Shown here: one piece after another, positions 8,827 through 16,539 of the stretch
How positions within the stretch are numbered: position 1 is the stretch's first letter
Layout of the letters: each line of letters starts with the position of its first letter
Source of the DNA: a virus
Taxonomy: Duplodnaviria; Caudoviricetes
Reading direction: 5' to 3' (one strand)
Virus record (IMG/VR): IMGVR_UViG_3300050162_000053
Span: 1 to 24,956 of that record
Length of the DNA: 24,956 nt
Made by a program: the position numbers and the translations under genes
The notes under the pieces: model-generated
What the model was told of the DNA's origin: nothing
The model's database searches: none
Seen by the model: only the letters and a program-made list of their open reading frames with translations

Positions 8827-9249
8827 ATGGGCGCAATCACCATCCTCTTTGTTGTGTGGGTGGCTTGGGCGGCGCTCAATGCGGCCCTGCTGGTGTTGTC
8901 GCCCTGGATCGTGCCGGATCGCGCCGGGGCGTTCACAAACGGCCTAGTGATTGTTGTTCCAGAAGCGCTGCGATCCCAGCTAACGGCTAATGAACTGGCA
9001 GCCATCGAGGCGCATGAGCAGGGTCATATCGCCCACATGCACGCCCTTAAGAACTGCTTGAGGTCTTGCCTTCTATTGCCCAGGCCGAAGGCGCTAGCAA
9101 TGCAGCAAGAGCTTGAGGCCGACGCCTTTGCTGAATCTCACGGCCACAGATTAGCGCTGGCAAGCGCGCTGCGCCGCATGAGCTCACACCCATTTGATCT
9201 GGATCGAGCCAGGCTGCTCGACCCATGGCATGAAGCCGAAATGAATTGA
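8827..9249 (+). CDS. membrane-anchored M48/M56-like zinc metallopeptidase
   Basis: N-terminal hydrophobic helix, GAFT, ELAAIEAHEQGH (HExxH), third ligand in ELEADAFA, LASALRRM. These are classic M48 (HtpX/Ste24-like) core motifs. Confidence 0.8.
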   Translation: MGAITILFVVWVAWAALNAALLVLSPWIVPDRAGAFTNGLVIVVPEALRSQLTANELAAIEAHEQGHIAHMHALKNCLRSCLLLPRPKALAMQQELEADAFAESHGHRLALASALRRMSSHPFDLDRARLLDPWHEAEMN

Positions 9250-9331
9250 ATCCAGCCGGGCCGCGTGATGCGTTCTGGCGTTCATGGCCGAGTGATTCGG
9301 CACCCAACACCATCGAGAGGATGGCTCACAA

Positions 9332-10150
9332 ATGCAAACCCTGAAGCAACGCACCCTGAACAAACTCATCATCACCATGATGGCCCGCGCCGGCCTGATC
9401 AACTTCGGTTTGGCGTTTTCCGTGGATGCTATCGACGCAATCCCGGAAGCCCAGCGCAGCCTCTACAAAGAGTCGAACGGGAAGTTCGTACTCGACCTGG
9501 ATGGCTACGAAGACCCGGCAAACCTCAAAAGCGCCCTGCAGAAAGAGCGCGAGCGTGCCAATGCCCTGGACAAGCAGTCCAAGGCTTGGGCCGGTATGGG
9601 CAAGAGCCCCGAAGAGATCCAGGCGCTGATCGAGGCGCAGCGCAAGGCCGAAGAAGACAAGGCCCTGAAGGGCGGCGAATTCGAGAAGCTGAAGCAGCAG
9701 ATCATCGACCAGCATAAGGGCGAGCTGGGCAAGAAGGACGAACGTATCCAGACCCTCACCAAGAGCCTGGAGCGCCGCCTGATTGATGCCGACGCAACCG
9801 CAGCGATTGCGGATGCCAAGGGCGTCCCGGCACTGCTGCTGCCGCATGTCCGGGCCGCCACCCGCGTCGTGGAAGATGGTGGTGATTTCAAGGTGCAAGT
9901 TGTTGACGCCGCAGGCAATCCTCGCGTCAACGGCGGCGGTGAATTCCTCTCGATCTCGGATCTGGTCAGCGAGATGCGCCAGTCCGATGTATTTGGCCGC
10001 GCTTTTGAACCGTCCGGTACCGCTGGCGGCGGCGCCCAGGGTGGAGGCTCTGGCAGCGGCAGCAAGACGATCAAGGAGGCTGCATTCAATGCACTGCCTC
10101 CGAAGCAGCGCGCGGCCAAGATGGCCGAGGGCTACACGGTCGTTCCGTAA
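9332..10150 (+). CDS. capsid scaffolding protein with N-terminal leader
   Basis: Coiled-coil (LKSALQKERE, GEFEKLK), Gly-rich C-terminal tail, immediately upstream of the capsid gene. Confidence 0.85.
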   Translation: MQTLKQRTLNKLIITMMARAGLINFGLAFSVDAIDAIPEAQRSLYKESNGKFVLDLDGYEDPANLKSALQKERERANALDKQSKAWAGMGKSPEEIQALIEAQRKAEEDKALKGGEFEKLKQQIIDQHKGELGKKDERIQTLTKSLERRLIDADATAAIADAKGVPALLLPHVRAATRVVEDGGDFKVQVVDAAGNPRVNGGGEFLSISDLVSEMRQSDVFGRAFEPSGTAGGGAQGGGSGSGSKTIKEAAFNALPPKQRAAKMAEGYTVVP

Positions 10151-10170
10151 CCCATTTTTCGCAAACCCAG

Positions 10171-10192
10171 AGCCCGCCATGAGCGGGCTTTT
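10171..10192 (+). terminator. hairpin upstream of the capsid gene
   Basis: AGCCCGC-CATGA-GCGGGCT followed by TTT. Confidence 0.55.
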
Positions 10193-10213
10193 CCACATCT
10201 GAAAGACCCAATC

Positions 10214-11470
10214 ATGAAGAAGACTCTCTTTTCTCTGTTTGCGCTGGCCGCTATGGCTTTCGCTTCGGTGGCTTCGGCTGCCGGCAAGGCCATCGGCGAT
10301 GCTGTGCTTGGCGCGCTGGCCAATCAAGGCATTGTGCTGGGAGCAAATATCTTCACCGCGCTTCAGCCGACGCTGTTCAGTGCTGCGCAAGAGGTTGCGG
10401 CCGAGCCGTTCGGCGTCATCAGTGCTATCAATGCAAACTTCGATGACAAGGGGGTTGCAGTTGGTGATACCGTGAAAGTTCCTGTGGCGCCAACCGCGAC
10501 CGCAACCGACTTCACGCCTGCGGCAACATCATCTTCTGGCGACGACAAGACGCCTACCACGGTGGATGTGTCCATCACGGCGTCGAAGAAGGTGTCCTGG
10601 CACATGACCGGCGAGCAGATGCGCTCGCTGGAGAATGGCGGCAACGATACCGAGTGGGTTCGCCAACTCGTAGCTCAAGGCATGCGCACTCTGCGAAACC
10701 TGGCCGAGGCCTCGGCTTGCGTGGCCATCAAGCAAGGTGCCTCGCGCGCTATTGGCACGGCTGGCACTAACCCGTTCGCCTCCGACATCAATGCTATTGC
10801 CGATCTGCGCAAGGTGCTGATGGATAACGGTTCGCCGCTGGCCGACCTGCAGTTGTGCATCGACTCCACGGCCGGCACTGCCGCGCGCAAGCTGGGCATC
10901 GTGCAGCAGGCCTACCAGGCCGGCAGCGACCAGGAGCGGCGTTCGGGCGACCTGCTGCGCCAGTTCGGCTTCGCAATCCGCGAATCGGCCGGCATCGTCA
11001 CGCACACTAAAGGCACTGGTGCGAGCTATGTGACCTCTGGAGCCACGGCTATCGGCGTGCGTGATGTTGCGCTTGTGACTGGCACCGGCACCGTACTGTC
11101 TGGCGATGTCGTGACCTTCGCGGCCGACTCGGCCAACAAGTACGTGGTCAACACCGGCGTTGCAGCCCCCGGCACTATCACCCTGGGCCGCCCTGGTGCC
11201 CGCGCTGCGATTGCCACCGCCAATGCGCTGACGGTCGGCAACAGCTACACGCCGAACCTGGCATTCGAGCGCAATGCGGTCGTGGGCATCATGCGCCCGC
11301 CGATCTTCCCTGAGAACGCCACGATCCAGAAGACGCTGATCAGTGATGCGTTCGGCATGACCTACCTGCTGCTGCAGATCCAGCAGTACGGCATGACCAC
11401 ATGGGAGCTGCATCTGGCCTACGGCTTCAAGGTCGTGCAGGGCGAGCAAGTTGCAATCCTGCTGGGCTGA
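10214..11470 (+). CDS. major capsid protein (P22 coat / HK97 fold) with signal-peptide-like leader
   Basis: GDTVKVPVAP, ASRAIGTAGTNPF, RKVLMDNGSP, NLAFERNA and C-terminal LAYGFKVV...AILLG; highly biased codons. Confidence 0.9.
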   Translation: MKKTLFSLFALAAMAFASVASAAGKAIGDAVLGALANQGIVLGANIFTALQPTLFSAAQEVAAEPFGVISAINANFDDKGVAVGDTVKVPVAPTATATDFTPAATSSSGDDKTPTTVDVSITASKKVSWHMTGEQMRSLENGGNDTEWVRQLVAQGMRTLRNLAEASACVAIKQGASRAIGTAGTNPFASDINAIADLRKVLMDNGSPLADLQLCIDSTAGTAARKLGIVQQAYQAGSDQERRSGDLLRQFGFAIRESAGIVTHTKGTGASYVTSGATAIGVRDVALVTGTGTVLSGDVVTFAADSANKYVVNTGVAAPGTITLGRPGARAAIATANALTVGNSYTPNLAFERNAVVGIMRPPIFPENATIQKTLISDAFGMTYLLLQIQQYGMTTWELHLAYGFKVVQGEQVAILLG

Positions 11471-11476
11471 TCTATC

Positions 11477-11499
11477 GCCGGGGCTTCGGCCCCGGCTTT
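11477..11499 (+). terminator. intrinsic terminator after the capsid gene
   Basis: GCCGGGGC-TTCG-GCCCGGC followed by TTTT (UUCG tetraloop). Confidence 0.7.
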
Positions 11500-11518
11500 T
11501 ACCCCATCGGAGAACACC

Positions 11519-11761
11519 ATGAACGACCTGATTACCGTCGCCAAGGGCGGCGAATATATCGAAGTGCACCCGACCTGCCTGCAAGCGCACCGCGAGCTTG
11601 GCTGGCGCGAGTGCGAGCGCCGCGAGCCGGCCGAAGACCCCGAAGGCGCTAAGAAGGCCACCGTCGCCAAGCTGCGCGATGCGCTGACCTCCAAGGGAAT
11701 TGAGATCCCCGAAGGCGCTAAGAAGGCCGACCTGCAGGCGCTTCTCGACGCCGCAGCCTGA
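11519..11761 (+). CDS. small HeH/LEM-like domain protein
   Basis: TVAKLRDALTSKGIEIPEGAKKADLQALL; GGAG RBS; usual post-capsid position. Confidence 0.75.
   Translation: MNDLITVAKGGEYIEVHPTCLQAHRELGWRECERREPAEDPEGAKKATVAKLRDALTSKGIEIPEGAKKADLQALLDAAA
11638..11728 (+). repeat. 22-bp perfect direct repeat CCCCGAAGGCGCTAAGAAGGCC (x2)
   Basis: Copies at 11638-11659 and 11707-11728, each encoding PEGAKKA. Confidence 0.9.
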
Positions 11762-11791
11762 TACCACCAACAAAGAACACAAGGCCGAGCC

Positions 11792-13789
11792 ATGCCCACT
11801 ATTCGCGTTTCTGATTTGCCGGTTCGGCTGATTGTTCCTGTCGGTCAGGTGCTGACAATTACCGCGCCCTCTGGGTCTTCCGCTTACGTCGTCCAAGAAT
11901 CAAACCTTGATCCGGCCGCAACTGTTACCGGAACAACCCAAGCATTCGGCCCCTACGCATCCACAAAGAGCCTGGCACTCACATGCACCTCTGGTGCCGT
12001 GATGTACACGGTGGGGGCCTCGACTGATTCGGCTGGTAGTGCGGTGTCAGGGGCTGGGAATTTGGCAGGCCGCCTGCTTTCAGCGATTGAAGCTGCCAGC
12101 CGTACCAATGCTCTGAATACTGCACCATGGACGCAAGCGCCTACATGGACCGCCAGCACCAACTATGGATACGGGCAAACCGTTCGTGGTGCAGTGGCAG
12201 GGAGTACGACGAACCTTTATATGTGCTGCGGTATTCCGGGAACGCCATCATCTAATGCGGGTGTTTCAGCGGCATCAGGTGGGCCTACCGGTGTTGGTCC
12301 TGCTCTGATCACGGATGGGACTTGTGTGTGGCTGTACGTGGGCCAGGCCGAGAGCACAGGAACGAAACCGCTCTATTCCACCGTCGTTCCGGCTGCATCC
12401 ACGGATGTGATGAATGGTTACCTCACCGTAGTCAGCAGGACCGTACTTTCCACCATCGGGCTTTCGCAAAGTTATCCATTAACAGCCACAAACTCGCCTG
12501 TGGAGCTTTTTGGGTGTGTACTGTCGGACGAAAAAACACCGGTCCCGAAGAACAGTAATACGGCACTTTACCCAATCCGTTCATCATCCGTAATTAAGTA
12601 CGTAGCCCGCTTTATCACGAATTCCAAGAAGTGGGTTGCACTAGACACACAGGCGCCGCTGTATCGGTACGGAGCTTCGATTCGGGCCATTAAGGTAAAT
12701 GGGCGCCTGCTGTCAGAGAGTGCATTACTCATGTACAACGATGGGAGCACGGCTTTGGTTAGCGCAGGAGCATGGCTCCTGGATGTTTCAGGCTTCCCCC
12801 CTGGTGACAAAGTTATTGAAGTATTCGGGCACGGAAACGTCGGTGACTTCGCTAGAAATATTGTGGTGCAAGCAGACGAATTCGTTTATCCGTATACGCC
12901 TGCAAACAATCTAAAGATGGCCCTTGAGGGCGACAGCATCACCGACATGACGTATCTGTCAGATGTTGATTGCCGCGCACGCATGGATTGGGCTCTTGGT
13001 GAGTTGCTTGGCATTCCCAGCGTGTACAACAATTCAATCGGAGGGACGGGAGTACTTAACAATCGCCCCTGGTCTTGCACATCGGCCACCGTTGTTCCCG
13101 GTGATGGAACAAACGGTGCCGCTGTTGGTCAAGGTAAGTTGACTATCAATTCTGGATTCGTGGTGACTAGCTCATCTTTTGGAGCCGGGACAACTGTCAT
13201 CGGTACAGGTGTGCCTGCTGGCACATATGTACTATCCAACATCTCCGGGTCAGGCAATGGATCCACTTGGATCGTCAATAACTCGTTTTCTGTGACAGCC
13301 ATTGCCGCATCTGGGGCTGCAAGTGGAACTGCGTTTGATCGGCTTGCTGACATCGCGGCATTCCAGCCGAATATCCTTGTTCTGAACGGGACGCACAACG
13401 ATGACGCATATGCGGCTGCGCTGCAGACATCCGAAAAGCTGCGCTACCTGCAAGCCGCACGAGCGCAGCTTGGTAGTAGCTGCATGATCGTTGTTGTCGG
13501 CGGGAACCTTCTACAAGCGGAATCCACAACAGGCTCACAGCTTGTCGCGGAGCAAACGCTGAAAGCCGCTTTCGATGCTTTCGCGGCGACTGACTTAAAC
13601 TGCGCATTTATCCCGGTTCTCACATCATTTATTCCGCTAATCAATGGGAATAACGGGTACCTGTTCCAGGCGGGTGGGAGTCCATCCGGGTATTCCAATG
13701 CGCACCCCATCAGTTGGTACTACTACCACATGAACAATGTCATCGCCAACGGCATACGGAAGTTCATTCGGTCCAAGTTCTCCTCCTGA
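11792..13789 (+). CDS. multidomain head-fibre-like protein with SGNH/GDSL hydrolase domain
   Basis: Block I LEGDSITD, block II NNSIGGTG, block III NGTHND, block V SNAHP; N-terminal WTASTNY...TDGTCVW module. Confidence 0.75.
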   Translation: MPTIRVSDLPVRLIVPVGQVLTITAPSGSSAYVVQESNLDPAATVTGTTQAFGPYASTKSLALTCTSGAVMYTVGASTDSAGSAVSGAGNLAGRLLSAIEAASRTNALNTAPWTQAPTWTASTNYGYGQTVRGAVAGSTTNLYMCCGIPGTPSSNAGVSAASGGPTGVGPALITDGTCVWLYVGQAESTGTKPLYSTVVPAASTDVMNGYLTVVSRTVLSTIGLSQSYPLTATNSPVELFGCVLSDEKTPVPKNSNTALYPIRSSSVIKYVARFITNSKKWVALDTQAPLYRYGASIRAIKVNGRLLSESALLMYNDGSTALVSAGAWLLDVSGFPPGDKVIEVFGHGNVGDFARNIVVQADEFVYPYTPANNLKMALEGDSITDMTYLSDVDCRARMDWALGELLGIPSVYNNSIGGTGVLNNRPWSCTSATVVPGDGTNGAAVGQGKLTINSGFVVTSSSFGAGTTVIGTGVPAGTYVLSNISGSGNGSTWIVNNSFSVTAIAASGAASGTAFDRLADIAAFQPNILVLNGTHNDDAYAAALQTSEKLRYLQAARAQLGSSCMIVVVGGNLLQAESTTGSQLVAEQTLKAAFDAFAATDLNCAFIPVLTSFIPLINGNNGYLFQAGGSPSGYSNAHPISWYYYHMNNVIANGIRKFIRSKFSS

Positions 13790-13816
13790 TCTTCCCAGCC
13801 CCTGCCGGTGCCCACC

Positions 13817-14224
13817 ATGAGTGCTGAATCCCGCCCAATGACCGCGCCGCCGACGCTGTACGCGGCGATGTACCCGGAGCTGGTGCGCATCGCCAAGGCC
13901 CACGGATACGCCCTGGCCGTGCACGGCAGCATGGTGCGGGACTTCGACCTGATTGCCGTGCCGTGGACCGAAGCGGCTGGCGATCCGCAGCCCATGATCG
14001 ACGAGATGAAGCACGCGATGGGCGGCGTGTACCTGCATCACGACGTTGACCATCTCGTTGCTGATGGCCGGCCCAGCGACAAGCCGCACGGACGGCGCGC
14101 CTGGTCGATCCATCTCACGACCAAGGGCTCTGACGGGCCATACATAGACCTGAGTGTGATGCCGCTTGTGCGGCCGGAGCCTCCCCAGGCATTCGGTGGC
14201 CTGCGCAACGCTCGCATCGGCTGA
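13817..14224 (+). CDS. hypothetical protein with nucleotidyltransferase-like motif
   Basis: GYALAVHGSMVRDFDLIAVPW (GS...DxD); start uncertain (13808, 13817 or 13838). Confidence 0.6.
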   Translation: MSAESRPMTAPPTLYAAMYPELVRIAKAHGYALAVHGSMVRDFDLIAVPWTEAAGDPQPMIDEMKHAMGGVYLHHDVDHLVADGRPSDKPHGRRAWSIHLTTKGSDGPYIDLSVMPLVRPEPPQAFGGLRNARIG

Positions 14225-14258
14225 TTCCCATCCCCGAAAGCTGCACATAGGATGACCC

Positions 14259-14753
14259 ATGGCTCTGATCGTTGAAACCGGCGCAATCGTATCGGGAGCA
14301 GAGTCCCTGGCAAGTGTTGCCGCTGCTGATGCACACCACGCGGCGCGCGGCAATGCGGCATGGGGTGTGCTCTCCACAGGCGACAAGGAGATTGCACTCC
14401 GAAAGGCCACCGACTACATGCAGGAGCGCTATAGCGATTCCTGGCGCGGTGTGCGCGTGAGCAGTACGCAGGCCCTGGACTGGCCGCGCAGCTGCGTGTA
14501 TCGCGGCGTCTATCCAGTGGCAAGCAACATCATTCCCGATGAGGTTATCAAGGCATGCTGTGAGCTGGCGCTGAGGGCGTCCGCGAAAGCCTTGACTGAC
14601 GACGAGGGTGCGCAAGTCAAGTCTGAAAAGGTCGATGTGCTGGAAACGGTCTACGCGGACGGCGCACGCCAGCAGACGCGCTATGCAGCGGTAGACAACC
14701 TGCTTACGCCCCTGCTTGGTAGCAGCTCTAGCATTCGGCTGGTGCGAGCATGA
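14259..14753 (+). CDS. head-tail adaptor (DnaT-like family)
   Basis: MALIVETG...AES.ASVA.AD..H..RGN..W, QALDWPR, IPDEV.KACCELA. Confidence 0.85.
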   Translation: MALIVETGAIVSGAESLASVAAADAHHAARGNAAWGVLSTGDKEIALRKATDYMQERYSDSWRGVRVSSTQALDWPRSCVYRGVYPVASNIIPDEVIKACCELALRASAKALTDDEGAQVKSEKVDVLETVYADGARQQTRYAAVDNLLTPLLGSSSSIRLVRA

Positions 14754-15124
14754 GCAAGCCACCCAAAGTTTTTATGCGAAAGCCGGATCCTTTGCAGGAT
14801 CGGTATTCGGACCGAGACGGCAATCTCTACTCGATTGCCAAGCTAATTGATGACGCCAAGGATCTGCCTGTTTTTGAAATTCCAGTAGCCAGCCTGAGTC
14901 TTAGCGATCAGATTTGGCCCGGGTCCAATATTTTGGATCTAGCTTTTCATGTCAAAAAGTGCATGGACGCGGATCTAGATTGCCCAATCTTGTTTGATTG
15001 GCATGGCGACATTGCAGATGGTCGGCATCGACTCATCAAAGCTATCGCTACAGGCCGGCGCACCCTGAAAGCTCGCCGCATCACATGGAAGCCAGATCCC
15101 TGCAGGATGGCTGACAAACAATGA
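14750..15124 (+). CDS. ParB/Srx-like N-terminal domain protein
   Basis: ADLDCPILF...IADGRHRLIKA motif; ATGA-coupled on both sides. Confidence 0.7.
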   Translation: MSKPPKVFMRKPDPLQDRYSDRDGNLYSIAKLIDDAKDLPVFEIPVASLSLSDQIWPGSNILDLAFHVKKCMDADLDCPILFDWHGDIADGRHRLIKAIATGRRTLKARRITWKPDPCRMADKQ

Positions 15125-15477
15125 GCCTCGACTATGCATCCACTGCGGAATCCACGGCCCTCCTGCTGGAAAAGTTCGGAGCAATCGGCCAGATACAGAG
15201 ATGCACTGAAGGCGCTTACGACACGGCCACCGGCAAGCAAACAAAGACCTACACAAGCTCGGAAGCCGCCATGGTGGTGCTGGGGTACAAACAGAGCGCT
15301 ATCGACGGAACCCTTATCAGGCAAGGAGACATGCGGGCGCTTATTGAGCCAGGCACCACCTGTCCGCAAACGGGCGACATGATCGTGTGGCAGGGCAAGA
15401 CATGGAGCGTAGTCAACGCTGAGACTGTTGCGCCTGCTGGCGTGTCTGTTTTGCACAAAGCCCAGCTCCGAGCATGA
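15121..15477 (+). CDS. head-closure / head-tail joining protein
   Basis: LLEKFG, YDTATG, IDGTLIRQGD, C-terminal AQLR; gene order. Confidence 0.8.
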   Translation: MSLDYASTAESTALLLEKFGAIGQIQRCTEGAYDTATGKQTKTYTSSEAAMVVLGYKQSAIDGTLIRQGDMRALIEPGTTCPQTGDMIVWQGKTWSVVNAETVAPAGVSVLHKAQLRA

Positions 15478-16061
15478 GCAAGTGGAGCATTCCCCTGGCC
15501 GAGCTGGCTGAGAAGGTCAAGGCCGACTTGGAGACGGTGGCGCGCAAATCGACACTTGAGGTATTCGCTGCGGTGGTGGCCAGGAGCCCCGTTGGTAACC
15601 CAGACATTTGGAAGTCAAACTCTCACCGCGCATTTGCCCGCCAGCACTCGAATACGCTGGCGACAATCTATAACGATCGAGTGAAGGCGGATGTGCGCAG
15701 CTACACCAAAGGTGGCAAGCTGAAGGTCAAACTCAAGCGCGTGTTGTCTGCCAAGGCGCTTCGGGCTGCATATCCAAACGTGTCCGGCAAAGGCTATGTC
15801 GGCGGCAGATTCAGGGCCAACTGGAATGTGTCTTACGGGTCAATCGACACTAGCGTGACGAACTCAACATCTGCCACGCGTGGCACCGAAGAGGCACAAA
15901 AGGCCCTATCGCTTGATGTCGGAGGCGTGGTCTACATGACCAATAGTCTGCGTTACGCAAAGCGCCTGGAGGATGGCTACAGCACGCAGGCGCCCACCGG
16001 CATGGTGAGGCTTTCTGCCATGGAGTTCTCAAGGCGTGTTCAGGAGGCGCTGAAGAAATGA
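15474..16061 (+). CDS. HK97 gp10-like neck/tail completion protein
   Basis: RSPVGNP, GGRFRANWNV, NSLRYAKRLEDGYSTQAPTGMVR. Confidence 0.85.
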   Translation: MSKWSIPLAELAEKVKADLETVARKSTLEVFAAVVARSPVGNPDIWKSNSHRAFARQHSNTLATIYNDRVKADVRSYTKGGKLKVKLKRVLSAKALRAAYPNVSGKGYVGGRFRANWNVSYGSIDTSVTNSTSATRGTEEAQKALSLDVGGVVYMTNSLRYAKRLEDGYSTQAPTGMVRLSAMEFSRRVQEALKK

Positions 16062-16471
16062 GTCAAGCAATTTGCCGCAAGGCCCTGGAGGGAAAGACTG
16101 CCGCATTCGCTGCAGCCAATGGCGGCCTTCAGGTAGCCTGGGAAAACGCAGATTTCGACCCGCCGCAAGCATTGCACTTGCGCTCATTCCTGCTGCCTCT
16201 CGAAGTGATCAGCCAAACCCTCGATATGAGGCATCGCCAATACGAGGGCGTGTATCAACTCTCCATCGTCTGCCCGGCCGGCGTCGGACCGGGCGACGGT
16301 GAGGCGCTACTTCCCATTCTTGATGCTGCATTCTCCACGGCTTCGCCCATCGCTGTTGACGGACTCAAGCTCTACATCACAAGGCCCATGGGTCCGCGCC
16401 AGGCGATCCAGGAAGAGGGCGGCAACTACGTCATTCCAGTGTCCTGCTCTTACCGCCTGGACACGATCTAA
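16058..16471 (+). CDS. tail terminator-like protein (DUF4128 type)
   Basis: VAWENADFDPP, GVYQLSI..PAG.G, IPVSCSYR; precedes the tail tube gene. Confidence 0.8.
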   Translation: MSQAICRKALEGKTAAFAAANGGLQVAWENADFDPPQALHLRSFLLPLEVISQTLDMRHRQYEGVYQLSIVCPAGVGPGDGEALLPILDAAFSTASPIAVDGLKLYITRPMGPRQAIQEEGGNYVIPVSCSYRLDTI

Positions 16472-16497
16472 CTTCCGCCCGATCGGGCACATCAACC

Positions 16498-16517
16498 AGC
16501 CGCCTACGGGCGGCTTT
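16498..16517 (+). terminator. hairpin upstream of the tail tube gene
   Basis: AGCCGCC-TACG-GGCGGCT followed by TTGTCATTTC. Confidence 0.55.
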
Positions 16518-16539
16518 GTCATTTCCGAAAGGCAAAACC

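Noticed and set aside
9265-9717. 150-aa alternative-frame ORF with a His run overlapping the scaffold gene
   Set aside because: Arg/Pro/Gly-rich off-frame composition; the scaffold frame explains the region.
11638-11728. 22-bp direct repeat as a CRISPR, att site or DGR element
   Set aside because: Only two copies, in frame, encoding PEGAKKA within a HeH protein; no cas, integrase or reverse transcriptase in the window.
10529-11896. 455-aa minus-strand ORF, and similar ones at 9326-10390, 1273-2271 and 4291-4980
   Set aside because: These are antisense shadows of GC3-biased plus-strand genes with no recognisable motifs.
15615-15790. Basic insertion of about 55 aa in the HK97 gp10-like protein
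   Set aside because: This segment is commonly length-variable in the family, and there are no intein or intron hallmarks.
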